Shown one piece after another: positions 51,488 to 61,453 of a stretch of 64,000 nucleotides of DNA. Numbering within the stretch: position 1 is the stretch's first letter; the number at the start of each line of letters is the position of its first letter. Both the position numbers and the translations under genes were made by a program. The stretch lies in NCBI GenBank assembly GCA_963771355.1, contig CAVYTA010000006.1, forward strand, positions 2,048,001 to 2,112,000. Reading direction: 5' to 3'. A model generated the notes under the pieces. It did no database searches. It saw only the letters and a list, made by a program, of their open reading frames with translations, and was not told where the DNA came from. The DNA comes from an uncultured Candidatus Rokubacteria bacterium. GTDB taxonomy: Bacteria > Methylomirabilota > Methylomirabilia > Rokubacteriales > CSP1-6.

Positions 51488-53224
51488 ATGGCGGACGCGA
51501 AACCCAGTCAGCCGATAAGCCGACGTCTGGGAGATCTCCTGGTTCGAGAAGGACTGATCAACCAGGAGCAGCTCCAGCGTGCGCTCGCCGACCAGAAGGG
51601 TAACAACGAAAAGCTCGGCTCCATCCTGGTCCGGCTGAGCATCATCAACGAAGACCAGCTCATCGCCTTCCTCTCCAAGCAGTACGGCATCCCTTCCATC
51701 ACGCTCACTCAGCTGGACGTGGACGTGGAGGTGGTCAAGCTCGTTCCCGCCCAGATCGCGCGCAAGTACGAGGTGCTGCCGATCAAGCGCACCGGGAATC
51801 AGCTGACACTGGCCATGGCCGATCCCACCAATGTGTTCGCGGTGGATGACGTCGGGTTCATGACCAACCTTCAGGTGGTGCCGATGGTGGCCTCCCAGGG
51901 GGCCATTCGCCAGGCCATCGATCGGCTGTACGAGGCCCAGACCGGCGGCCTTGCCGAGGTGCTCTCGGAGATGGACGCGGTGGTGGGCGACGTCGAGGTC
52001 GTCGAAGGCGAGGACGAGCAGTGGGCCAAGGCCGACATCTTCGAGTTGAAGGAGTCGGCGGACGAGGCCCCGGTGGTCCGGCTCGTCAACATGATCCTGG
52101 TGGACGCCATCCGCCGCGGCGCCTCCGACATCCACCTCGAGCCCTACGAGAAGGTCTTCCGGGTGCGCTTCCGCATCGACGGCGTGCTGCACGAGATCAT
52201 GACCCCGCCCAAGCGGCTGGAGGCGGCGCTCACGTCCCGCGTGAAGATCATGTCGAATCTCGACATCGCCGAGCGGCGGCTGCCCCAGGACGGCCGCATC
52301 AAGCTGCGCTACAACCAGCGCGAGATCGACTTCCGCGTGTCGACCCTGCCGACCATCTTCGGCGAGAAGACCGTCATGCGCATCCTGGACAAGGACGCGC
52401 TCCAGCTCGACCTCGCGTTGCTCGGCTTCGATCCCTGGAGCCTGGAGCAGTTCACGCGGGCCATCCATCAGCCCTACGGCATGATCCTCATCACGGGGCC
52501 GACCGGATCGGGCAAGACCACCACGCTCTACTCGGCCATCCACACCATCAACTCCCCCGACGTGAACATCATGACCGCCGAGGATCCGGTCGAGTACAAC
52601 CTCAAGGGCGTCAATCAGGTGCAGGTCAACGAGGGGATCGGGCGGACGTTCGCCGCCGCCTTGCGCTCATTCCTTCGTCAGGATCCCGACATCATCCTGG
52701 TCGGCGAGACGCGCGACCTCGAGACGGCGCAGATCGGCATCCGCGCCGCCCTCACCGGCCACCTCGTGCTCACCACGCTCCATACCAACGACTGCCCGTC
52801 CACGGTGGCGCGGCTGCTCGACATGGGCATCCCGCCCTTCCTGGTCTCCTCCGCGCTGACCCTCATCCTGGCCCAGCGGCTGGGCCGGAAGATCTGCAAG
52901 GACTGCAAGCAGCCCTACGACGCCGACGAGGAGACTCTGGTCCCCTACGGCCATGTCCCCCAGGGCCTGGGCCGGGTGCAGTTCTACAAGGGCAAGGGCT
53001 GTCACACGTGCAGCTTCACGGGCATGAAAGGTCGCGTGGCCATCTACGAAGTCATGCCGATCACGGAAGAGCTGCGGGACTTGATGCTGCGCAACGCGCC
53101 CACCGCCGACATCCGGGAGATGGCGCTCAGCCAGGGCATGAAGACCCTCCGCCAGAACGCACTACAGAAGGTCCTCGAGGGGGTCACCACCGTCGAGGAA
53201 GTCCTCCGGGTGACCGTCAGCTAA
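51488..53224 (+). CDS. pilB: Type IV pilus assembly ATPase with N-terminal MshEN domain
   Basis: RLGDLLVREGLI..LQRALADQ, ASDIHLEP, RLPQDG, GPTGSGKTT, LRQDPD, CxxC..CxxC. Confidence 0.97.
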   Translation: MADAKPSQPISRRLGDLLVREGLINQEQLQRALADQKGNNEKLGSILVRLSIINEDQLIAFLSKQYGIPSITLTQLDVDVEVVKLVPAQIARKYEVLPIKRTGNQLTLAMADPTNVFAVDDVGFMTNLQVVPMVASQGAIRQAIDRLYEAQTGGLAEVLSEMDAVVGDVEVVEGEDEQWAKADIFELKESADEAPVVRLVNMILVDAIRRGASDIHLEPYEKVFRVRFRIDGVLHEIMTPPKRLEAALTSRVKIMSNLDIAERRLPQDGRIKLRYNQREIDFRVSTLPTIFGEKTVMRILDKDALQLDLALLGFDPWSLEQFTRAIHQPYGMILITGPTGSGKTTTLYSAIHTINSPDVNIMTAEDPVEYNLKGVNQVQVNEGIGRTFAAALRSFLRQDPDIILVGETRDLETAQIGIRAALTGHLVLTTLHTNDCPSTVARLLDMGIPPFLVSSALTLILAQRLGRKICKDCKQPYDADEETLVPYGHVPQGLGRVQFYKGKGCHTCSFTGMKGRVAIYEVMPITEELRDLMLRNAPTADIREMALSQGMKTLRQNALQKVLEGVTTVEEVLRVTVS

Positions 53225-53279
53225 CGTTCGCACGTCCGGCCTCCGCGGGATACCGCGCGCCGGGCAGACAGAGGACGCC

Positions 53280-54410
53280 ATGGCCGCAACGATGCACGAT
53301 CTCCTGACCATCATGATCGAGCGGGGCGCGTCGGATCTTCACGTCACCACCGGCACCTATCCGCAGATCCGGCAGAATGGGAAGCTGCAGCCCCTCACCG
53401 AGTTCGAGCAGCTGACCCCCCAGGACACGCAGCGGCTCGCCTACAGCGTGCTCAACGAGGGGCAGAAGCAGAAGTTCGAGGAGGACAACGAGCTCGACTT
53501 ATCCTTCGGCATCCAGGGGCTCGCGCGCTTTCGCTGCAACGTGTATCGACAGCGGGGTGCGGTGGCGGCAGCCATCCGCGTCATCCCCATCAAGATCCGG
53601 ACCTTCGGCGACCTCAACCTGCCCCCCATCGTGGAGCAGATGGCGGACCGGCCGAAGGGACTCGTGCTGGTCACCGGGCCTACCGGGTCCGGCAAGTCCA
53701 CCACGCTCGCCGCCATGATCGACAAGATCAATTCGGAGCGCAGCGAGCACATCATGACCATCGAGGACCCCATCGAATTCGTCCACCAGCACAAGCGGTG
53801 CCTGGTGAACCAGCGCGAGGTCTTCTCGGACACCCAGTCGTTCAAGAACGCGCTCAAGTCGATCCTCCGCCAGGACCCCGACGTCGTCCTCGTCGGCGAG
53901 ATGCGCGACCTCGAGACCATCGCCGCCGCCTTGACCATCGCCGAGACCGGCCATCTCACCTTGGGCACGCTGCACACCAACTCCTGCGCCCAGACCATGA
54001 ACCGGATCATCGACGTGTTCCCCACCACCCAGCAGGCACAGGTACGCGCCCAGCTGTCACTCGTGCTCGAAGGCGTCCTGTCGCAGCAGCTCATTCCCAC
54101 CGCGGACGGTCGCGGTCGCGCGATGGCTCTCGAGATCATGGTGACCACTCCCGCCATCCGGAACCTGATCCGCGAGGAGAAGCTCCATCAGATCTACTCG
54201 GCGATGCAGGCGGGGCACAAGTTTGGCATGCAGACGATGAACCAGGCGCTGGTGGATCTGATCGGCAAGCGACGGATCTCGCGTGAGGAAGCGTTGAACC
54301 GCAGCACGCTACCCGAGGAGCTGGAGCAGCTGCTCAAGTCTGCGCCGGCCGGTGCCACTCCTGCCGCCCCCGCCGCGGGCGGAACCGCTTCACCGTTCGG
54401 CCGGCGGTAG
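53280..54410 (+). CDS. pilT: Type IV pilus retraction ATPase
   Basis: GPTGSGKST, EDPIE, AIRNLIRE, GMQT. Confidence 0.97.
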   Translation: MAATMHDLLTIMIERGASDLHVTTGTYPQIRQNGKLQPLTEFEQLTPQDTQRLAYSVLNEGQKQKFEEDNELDLSFGIQGLARFRCNVYRQRGAVAAAIRVIPIKIRTFGDLNLPPIVEQMADRPKGLVLVTGPTGSGKSTTLAAMIDKINSERSEHIMTIEDPIEFVHQHKRCLVNQREVFSDTQSFKNALKSILRQDPDVVLVGEMRDLETIAAALTIAETGHLTLGTLHTNSCAQTMNRIIDVFPTTQQAQVRAQLSLVLEGVLSQQLIPTADGRGRAMALEIMVTTPAIRNLIREEKLHQIYSAMQAGHKFGMQTMNQALVDLIGKRRISREEALNRSTLPEELEQLLKSAPAGATPAAPAAGGTASPFGRR

Positions 54411-54437
54411 AAACCAGGCCGAGAAGGAGAACCGACA

Positions 54438-55637
54438 ATGCCGACGTTCGCATACACGGGACGGGGAGCCCGGGGTGTCATAAACGGGGAAATCGACGCC
54501 CCCGATCGCACCACCGCGGTGGGCGAGCTGCGCAGTCGCGCCATCCTGGTCAGCAAGATCGCCGAGAAGGCGGGCGGCAAGACCCCGGTCAAGATCGGCG
54601 GCAAGGTGAGCGACAAGGAGATGGCCATCTTCACCCGCCAGTTCTCCACCATGGTCGACGCCGGCCTTCCGCTGGTCCAGTGCCTGAACATTCTCGCCGA
54701 GCAGAGCGAGTCCAAGACCCTGCGCGGAGTCACCGCGAGCGTGGCCCGTCAGGTCGAGGCCGGCTCCACCCTCGCCGACGCGCTGCGCCGTCACCCGCGC
54801 ACCTTCGACGACCTCTTCACCAACCTCGTCCAGGTCGGCGAGACCGGCGGTATTCTCGACGTCGTCTTGCAGCGCCTCTCCCAGTACATCGAGAAGGCCG
54901 CTGCGCTGAAACGCAAGGTCAAGGCCGCCATGATCTATCCCGCCACTATCATCGGGGTGGCGTTCCTGGTCGTCATCTTCATGCTGACATTCGTCATCCC
55001 GACTTTCGCCTCGATGTTCAAGGGACTGGGCGCGGAGCTCCCGCTACCCACCCAGATCGTCCTCTGGTTGTCCGACTTCGTCCGCGGCTACATTCTCCTG
55101 ATCATTGCCGCGATCGCGGGGGCGGTCTACGCGCTGCGCCGCTACTACAAGACCGAGAATGGCCGCGGCACCATCGACGCGCTGGCCCTCAAGGTCCCGG
55201 TGTTCGGCACCTTGATCCGGAAGGTGTCGGTGGCGCGTTTCACGCGGACCTTCGGTACCCTCGTGTCCTCGGGCGTGCCCATCCTGGAAGGCCTGCGCAT
55301 CACCGCGCGTACCGCCGGCAACCGGGTGGTGGAGAAGGCGGTCATGCAGTGCCGGGCCGCGGTCACCGCGGGTAAGACGCTGGCGGAGCCGCTCAAGGCC
55401 TCCGGCGTGTTCCCGCCCATGGTCACCCAGATGATCTCGGTCGGCGAGCAAACGGGTGCCCTGGACGCGATGCTGTCGAAGATCGCCGATTTCTACGATG
55501 ACGAGGTGGACACCGCGGTGGGGGCGCTCACCGCGCTCCTGGAGCCCCTCATGATCGTCTTCCTGGGCATAGTGATCGGCGGCCTCGTGGTGGCCATGTA
55601 CCTGCCGATCTTCCGACTGGTCACGTTGATCAAGTAG
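54438..55637 (+). CDS. pilC: Type IV pilus platform protein
   Basis: FTRQFSTM..AGLPL, AMIYP, EP, AMYLPIF. Confidence 0.96.
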   Translation: MPTFAYTGRGARGVINGEIDAPDRTTAVGELRSRAILVSKIAEKAGGKTPVKIGGKVSDKEMAIFTRQFSTMVDAGLPLVQCLNILAEQSESKTLRGVTASVARQVEAGSTLADALRRHPRTFDDLFTNLVQVGETGGILDVVLQRLSQYIEKAAALKRKVKAAMIYPATIIGVAFLVVIFMLTFVIPTFASMFKGLGAELPLPTQIVLWLSDFVRGYILLIIAAIAGAVYALRRYYKTENGRGTIDALALKVPVFGTLIRKVSVARFTRTFGTLVSSGVPILEGLRITARTAGNRVVEKAVMQCRAAVTAGKTLAEPLKASGVFPPMVTQMISVGEQTGALDAMLSKIADFYDDEVDTAVGALTALLEPLMIVFLGIVIGGLVVAMYLPIFRLVTLIK

Positions 55638-55646
55638 CCGCAGATC

Positions 55647-57287
55647 GTGCGTCCGCTATCAGGGCCGAGAACAGGCCTTCGCGGGCTGGGCTGGGCTCGG
55701 CTCCTGATGGCGGCGCTCGTATTCGCCGTCGGTGTGTGGCTGCACGCCACCGGCACCTTCCCCTTCCAGTTTCCCCTCTTCGTCCTCGCCATTTGCGGTA
55801 CCGGGCTCACCTCGCTTCCGCTCATGGCGGGATGGCCCGCGGCGCAGAGCGAGCGGCGCTTCGCCTGGCTCCTCCTCGGTCTCGATGTCGTCCTCGTCAC
55901 CGCCATCGTGACCACCAGCGGCGGCCCACGCTCGCTCTTCACCTTCCTCTACGTCCTCACGGTGATGGAGGGCTGTTTCCTGCTCTCGCGGTTAGGCGGG
56001 CTGGTGGTGGCGGGGCTGGCCAGCCTGCTCTACGTGGGCCTGGTGCTCGGGCGCACCATTCTCCCGCTGGCCAACCTGCTCGAGCCCGGGGAGACCACCG
56101 CCCTCGAGGTGCTGTCGGTGTTCCTCAACGCCGGCGTACTCCTGGTGAGCGCCATCGTGGCGGGCTCGATGGCCGAGCGTTATCAGCTCGCCCAGGCGAG
56201 CCTGGAGGCGCAGCAGCGGCACCTCTCCGACGTGCAGGCCTTCCGCGACCTCATCTTCCAGTCCGTCGGTACTGGGCTCATCGCGGTGGGACCCGACGGC
56301 CGCATCACCGCCTTCAACCGCGCCGCGGAGGCCATCGCCGGGCTCCCCGCCGACGGGGCCCTCGGCGAGCGGTTCAACGAGATCTTCGGGACCGATGTGG
56401 ATCTGGAACGGGTGCACACGGCGGTGGGGCGGGGCGACGGGCAGTCGCAGCGCTACGAGATCCAGATCCGGCGGCGGGACGGGCGTTCGGTGCCGGTCGG
56501 CATCTCGTTCTGGCTCCTGCGATCCGGCGAGGGCGAAGCCATCGGCCTCATTGGAGTCTGCCAGGACCTCTCATCGATCAAGCAGATGGAGGAACGGATG
56601 CGCCAGGCGGACCGGCTCGCCGCCATCGGCCGCCTCTCCGCGAACATCGCGCACGAGATCCGGAATCCACTCGCCTCCGTGTCGGGCGCCATCGAGGTGC
56701 TCGTCCGCGAGCTTCCGCCCGACGCCACCCGCGGCCGCCTGGTGGAAATCGTGCTGAGCGAGTCGGCCCGCCTCAACCAGCTCATCTCCGACTTCCTCGA
56801 GTACGCGCGGCCCGCTCCGCTGGCGCCGATGGAGGTGAACGCGGCCAAGGTCCTCGACGAGGTGCTGGTCCTGCTCGAGCACCGGCAGCTGCCGGACAAC
56901 CTGAAGGTCCTTCGCGAGTACGGGGATGCGCTGGTGGTCCGGGCCGATCCCCAGCAGTTGCGCCAGGCGATCTGGAACCTCGGCCTCAATGCGGTGCAGT
57001 CCATGCCTTCGGGGGGCGAGCTGCGGGTGGGGGCCCGCCGGCTCGACGTGCCCGGGCGCCCCGACCGGGTACAGATCTGGATCGGCGACACCGGCACCGG
57101 CATCGCCGAGACCGACCTGCCGCACATTTTCGAGCCCTTCTACTCCACCAAGCCGGAGGGGAGCGGACTCGGCCTGGCCATGGTGTACCGAGTCGTCCAG
57201 GAACACGGAGGCGAGATCGACGTGCGCAGCACGCTGGGGTCGGGGACGCTCTTCACGTTCACCCTCCCGGGCGCCCCGGGCGCGTAG
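55647..57287 (+). CDS. pilS: Sensor histidine kinase PilS-like
   Basis: Multi-TM N-terminus, PAS-like region, AHEIRNPL, N box, DTGTG, GSGLGL; between pilC and pilR. Confidence 0.88.
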   Translation: MRPLSGPRTGLRGLGWARLLMAALVFAVGVWLHATGTFPFQFPLFVLAICGTGLTSLPLMAGWPAAQSERRFAWLLLGLDVVLVTAIVTTSGGPRSLFTFLYVLTVMEGCFLLSRLGGLVVAGLASLLYVGLVLGRTILPLANLLEPGETTALEVLSVFLNAGVLLVSAIVAGSMAERYQLAQASLEAQQRHLSDVQAFRDLIFQSVGTGLIAVGPDGRITAFNRAAEAIAGLPADGALGERFNEIFGTDVDLERVHTAVGRGDGQSQRYEIQIRRRDGRSVPVGISFWLLRSGEGEAIGLIGVCQDLSSIKQMEERMRQADRLAAIGRLSANIAHEIRNPLASVSGAIEVLVRELPPDATRGRLVEIVLSESARLNQLISDFLEYARPAPLAPMEVNAAKVLDEVLVLLEHRQLPDNLKVLREYGDALVVRADPQQLRQAIWNLGLNAVQSMPSGGELRVGARRLDVPGRPDRVQIWIGDTGTGIAETDLPHIFEPFYSTKPEGSGLGLAMVYRVVQEHGGEIDVRSTLGSGTLFTFTLPGAPGA

Positions 57288-57341
57288 CGGAAGCGCCGGG
57301 CACGGGCGACTGCATGCTAGTCTAGGGGCGGCGAAACTCCC

Positions 57342-58736
57342 ATGGCTGACGCACGCGTATTGGTGGTGGACGACGAGAAGAGCATGCGGGACCTCCTCGC
57401 CATTACCCTCGAGAAGCAGCACTTCGAAGTTACCGTTGCCGACGGGGGCCAGGCCGCCATCGCCACCCTCCGGCGCGAGCCCTTCGACGTGGTCATCACC
57501 GATCTCCGCATGCCCACCGCCGATGGCCTGCAGGTGCTTCGCGCCGCCAAGGAAACCTCCCCGGAGTCGGTGGTGATCGTCATCACCGCGGTCGGCTCCA
57601 CCGAGACCGCGGTGGAGGCCATGAAGCTCGGCGCCTATGACTACATCACGAAGCCGTTCAAGCTGGACGAGATCAACCACATCATCCGGCGCGCGCTGGA
57701 GCGCAAGCGCCTCCGCGACGAGAACTTCTACCTCCGGAAACAGCTCGAGACTCAGCATCGCTTCGACAACATCGTGGGCAAGAGCGCGCGGATGGGAGAG
57801 GTCTTCGACACCATTCGCAAGATCGCCGACAGCCCGTCCACCGCCATGGTGAGCGGCGAGAGCGGCACCGGCAAAGAGCTGGTGGCGCGGGCCATCCACT
57901 TCAATGGCGGCCGCGCGGGCAAGCCCTTCATCTCGGTGAACTGCGGAGCCATTCCCGAGGCCCTGATGGAGTCCGAGCTGTTCGGTCACGTGAAGGGCGC
58001 CTTTACCGGGGCGATCTCCAACAAGATCGGGCTCTTCTCCGCCGCCGACGGCGGAACGCTTTTCCTCGACGAGATCACCGAGATTCCCTCGCTCCTCCAG
58101 GTGAAGCTGCTGCGGGCCATCCAGGAGCGCGAGATCCGTCGGGTGGGCGACACACGCGACCTCAAGGTGGACGTGCGGCTGATCGCCGCCTCCAACCGCG
58201 ACCTGGAACAGGCGGTCGCCGAGGGAACGCTGCGCGAAGATCTCTTCTACCGGCTCAACGTCATTCCCATTCAGCTCCCCCCTCTGCGCGAGCGTCGCGA
58301 GGATATCCCGTTCCTGGTGGACCATTTCCTCCAGAAGTTCGGCAAGCAGCTGGGGAAGGAGGTCCGCGGAATCACGCCGGAGGGCCTGGCCGTGCTCGAG
58401 CGCCATCACTGGCCGGGCAATATCCGCGAGCTGGAGAACGTGCTCGAGCGCGCGATCGTGCTCGGCGCGGGCGAGAGCATCGGCGTCGAAGCGCTTCCGG
58501 AGTCGGTGCGCCGCGAGCGCCCCGTGAAGGGCATCGATGTGGACCTGCCCGAGGAAGGTATGGATCTCGAGGCGGCCCTCGACGCTCTGGAGCGCCGGTA
58601 TCTCCAGCGGGCGCTGGAGCGTAGCCGCGGCGTCCAGACCAAGGCGGCCGAGCTCCTCCGGATGACCTTCCGTCAGTTCCGATACAAGCTCCAGAAGCAC
58701 AACATGGCCCGCCGCGGTCCGCAGGCCGAGGACTGA
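57342..58736 (+). CDS. pilR: Sigma54-dependent response regulator PilR-like
   Basis: REC domain, GESGTGKE, intact GAFTGA, FREDLFYRLNV-type motif, HTH. Confidence 0.9.
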   Translation: MADARVLVVDDEKSMRDLLAITLEKQHFEVTVADGGQAAIATLRREPFDVVITDLRMPTADGLQVLRAAKETSPESVVIVITAVGSTETAVEAMKLGAYDYITKPFKLDEINHIIRRALERKRLRDENFYLRKQLETQHRFDNIVGKSARMGEVFDTIRKIADSPSTAMVSGESGTGKELVARAIHFNGGRAGKPFISVNCGAIPEALMESELFGHVKGAFTGAISNKIGLFSAADGGTLFLDEITEIPSLLQVKLLRAIQEREIRRVGDTRDLKVDVRLIAASNRDLEQAVAEGTLREDLFYRLNVIPIQLPPLRERREDIPFLVDHFLQKFGKQLGKEVRGITPEGLAVLERHHWPGNIRELENVLERAIVLGAGESIGVEALPESVRRERPVKGIDVDLPEEGMDLEAALDALERRYLQRALERSRGVQTKAAELLRMTFRQFRYKLQKHNMARRGPQAED

Positions 58737-58836
58737 CAATCCTGGGCGCGCTCCTGACAGGTTTCGTCATGAAAGCGCGGCTTTCATCCCCCCTCGCAGA
58801 TCCCAAACGCACCCATTTCCGAGTACATTCCCGCCA

Positions 58837-58853
58837 TGGCATCGACCGTGCAT
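58837..58853 (+). promoter_or_regulatory. Sigma54 -24/-12 promoter of pilA
   Basis: TGGCAT-CGACC-GTGCA with GG-N10-GC spacing; between pilR and pilA. Confidence 0.75.
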
Positions 58854-58924
58854 TCTCCCCGGTTGCCTGGCAATGTTGGCCAGCCACTATCAGGAATACA
58901 ACCAGACAACGGGGGAAATAAAGA

Positions 58925-59329
58925 ATGCTGAGTTTCTGGCACAAGAAGCGGAAGATGCTGGGCAACCAGCGCGGCTTCACTCTCATCGAGCTCATGATCG
59001 TGGTGGCCATCATCGGTATCCTCGCGGCCATCGCCATCCCGCTGTACGCGAACATCCAGGCTCGCGCCCGCATCGCCAAGGCGCAGGCCGACGCCCGTAC
59101 GCTCGCCTCCGCGGTGAGCATGTACTCGGCCCACATGGGCACGCTCCCGGGCGCTCTCTCCGCCCTGAACGCGGTGGCGACGAACAGCCTTGGCCAGACC
59201 GCTGGCCCGTTCATGGCCTCCACCCCCGCGGCGCCCGCTGGCTGGACGGCGTATGGGTACACCTCGGCGGCGGCCGGTACCTTCACGATCTCGGCCTCCG
59301 GCGACGCGACCACCGTCAGCCTGCCGTAG
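58925..59329 (+). CDS. pilA: Type IVa major pilin
   Basis: QRG|FTLIELMIVVAIIGILAAIAIP; own sigma54 promoter and strong terminator. Confidence 0.93.
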   Translation: MLSFWHKKRKMLGNQRGFTLIELMIVVAIIGILAAIAIPLYANIQARARIAKAQADARTLASAVSMYSAHMGTLPGALSALNAVATNSLGQTAGPFMASTPAAPAGWTAYGYTSAAAGTFTISASGDATTVSLP

Positions 59330-59355
59330 GGAACTTCCTACACTCACTCATAGCG

Positions 59356-59392
59356 CGGGGGAGGGGCTTCGGCCCCTCCCCCGTTTTTCTTT
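59356..59392 (+). terminator. Rho-independent terminator after pilA
   Basis: 12-bp stem cgggggaggggc-ttcg-gcccctcccccg followed by tttttctt. Confidence 0.9.
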
Positions 59393-59581
59393 GCCGAGCG
59401 TCCACTCGACCTTGCATCTGGAACCGCACTTTCATGGGGACATCATGAACACCTTCGGCCACCCGGCAGTCATCCTGCTCCGGCTCGGGGGACCGGCCCG
59501 CGCCGACCACCGGGGGGCGGGCGATCGCGGACCGGTGGCGGGAGCGCCCACGGGCGCGGCACTGGCCGGCGGATCCGCGCG

Positions 59582-61453
59582 GTGAACGGGATGCGGGGCG
59601 CCGCCGTCGCCGTGCTCCTTGCCACCCTGCTGGGCTTCGCGCGGACGCTGGCCTATGACTTCGTGTGGGACGACGCCCTCCTGATACAGCGGAGCCAGCG
59701 GCTCCAGCAGTGGACCTCGCTGCCCGCCGTGCTGGGCTCGCATTTCTGGTCCGAGGTGCATGAGGGCAGCCACTACTACCGGCCCCTCGTCTCGCTGAGC
59801 TTCTTCCTCGATGTGCAGGCATGGGGTTTCAACCCCATGGGCTTTCACCTCACCAATCTGCTGGCGCATCTCGCGGCCGCGCTGGCGGTGCTCGCCTTGG
59901 CCCGCCGGCTCACCGGCAGCGTCCTCGCGTCCGCGGTCGCGGGGGTGGCGTTCGCGCTGCACCCCATCCACACGGAGTCGGTCACCTTCATCTCGGGACG
60001 CACCGATGTGCTCGCCACCCTCTTCTTCCTCCTGGCGCTGCTCGGCTATGTCCGCTGGCGCCAGCAAGGTGGTCTACTGACCTTCGCCGGCTCGCTCGTC
60101 GCCTTCTTCCTGGGGCTGGCGGCCAAGGAAGTGGCGGTGACGCTTCCCCTGGTCCTCCTCCTCTATGACCGGATGGTGGGTCCGAAGGAGCGCGGCGCCG
60201 GGGCCCTCGCCCGAGCGCTCACGCGCTACGCGGCCTACGGGGGAGTCATCGCGCTGTATTTGATGGTTCGCATGGCCTCGCTGGGGGCCTTGGTGGAATC
60301 CGAGCCGGGGACCTGGGGCACTCTCCTCACTCGCATACTCACCGCGACCAAGATCGTGGCGACCTATGCCTGGCTCACCCTGGTCCCCTTCCCGGCCAAC
60401 CCTTACTACATCATCGTGCCGGTGTTGTGGCCCCCTCCGCTCGCCTGGTGGGGGGCCACCGGTGGACTGGCTGTCTTGCTCGTCCTGACCCTCTGGGCGG
60501 CGTGGCGGAGGCCCCTGTGGGGATTCGCCGCCCTCTGGTTCTGGGTGACCCTGATCCCATCCGTGGGCGTCGACCTCCTACCGGTGCCAACGGCCATCAT
60601 GGCCGAGCGATTCCTGTACCTTCCCTCGGTGGGCTTCTGCCTGCTGCTCGCGATGGGCGTCCAGCAGCTGCTGGGCACGGGCCAGCTGCTGGGCTCCGGC
60701 CGCGCGCTGGCGGCCGACCAGGTCCGTCCCCTGCCCGCGCTGGGGCTGGCCACCCTCCTGCTCGGCTATATCCTGCTCACGCTCTGGCGGAACGAGCCCT
60801 GGAAGGACCACTACCATCTCTATTCCCACATGGTCGAGACGTCGCCCGAGTCGGACCTCCCGCACGTGAACCTCGCCCTCGTACATCTGCCCCGGGGAGA
60901 GGTGCTCGAGGCCCATGCCCATTTCATGCGGGGGGTGGAGATCGCGCCGCACAATCCCCGGGCGCTGGTGGGCCTGGGTCTGACCGAAACGATACTGGGT
61001 AATCGCGAGAGCGGCCTCGAGCATGCCCTCGAGGGGGCTCGCCAGGCACCGAAAAATCCGCATGTGCTTGCCTTTCTCGCCCAGCTCTATCTCCTTCGTG
61101 AGGAGCCCGAGCACGCCGTGACCGTGTTCGAGGAGTCCCTGCGGCTTCACCCGGACCAGGCCCATGCCACCGTCCTCTTCGCACGCGCCCTGGGCCGGGT
61201 GGGCCGCACCCAGGATGCCGAGGTCACGCTGGTGCGAGCCCACGCTCTCGTTCGGCCCGGGACCGGGGAAGCGGCCCTACTCGACCGGGTCACCGCCGAG
61301 GTGCTAGGCCCCCGCGAGCCGAGACGGGCGCGGGCGGCCTGGGAGCGCTATATCGCCCGCCTGCGCTCCACGCCCGAGCCCTCCCGCGCCGAGCAGGCCG
61401 ATCTCGTCGACGCCGAGCGCCAACTCGCCGTGCTGGCCGGGGGGATCCGGTGA
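59582..61453 (+). CDS. TMTC-like GT-C glycosyltransferase with C-terminal TPRs
   Basis: FVWDD, YYRPL, FHLTN..H, HPIHTESV..ISGR, AKE, AERFLYLPS, RN..W; multi-TM then TPR helices. Confidence 0.85.
   Translation: MNGMRGAAVAVLLATLLGFARTLAYDFVWDDALLIQRSQRLQQWTSLPAVLGSHFWSEVHEGSHYYRPLVSLSFFLDVQAWGFNPMGFHLTNLLAHLAAALAVLALARRLTGSVLASAVAGVAFALHPIHTESVTFISGRTDVLATLFFLLALLGYVRWRQQGGLLTFAGSLVAFFLGLAAKEVAVTLPLVLLLYDRMVGPKERGAGALARALTRYAAYGGVIALYLMVRMASLGALVESEPGTWGTLLTRILTATKIVATYAWLTLVPFPANPYYIIVPVLWPPPLAWWGATGGLAVLLVLTLWAAWRRPLWGFAALWFWVTLIPSVGVDLLPVPTAIMAERFLYLPSVGFCLLLAMGVQQLLGTGQLLGSGRALAADQVRPLPALGLATLLLGYILLTLWRNEPWKDHYHLYSHMVETSPESDLPHVNLALVHLPRGEVLEAHAHFMRGVEIAPHNPRALVGLGLTETILGNRESGLEHALEGARQAPKNPHVLAFLAQLYLLREEPEHAVTVFEESLRLHPDQAHATVLFARALGRVGRTQDAEVTLVRAHALVRPGTGEAALLDRVTAEVLGPREPRRARAAWERYIARLRSTPEPSRAEQADLVDAERQLAVLAGGIR

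Noticed and set aside
58925..59329. PilA as an electrically conductive e-pilin, given the Geobacter-like locus
   Set aside because: The mature pilin is 117 aa with aromatics at positions 1, 24 and 50 but not 27, 32, 51 or 57, and overall aromatic density is low.
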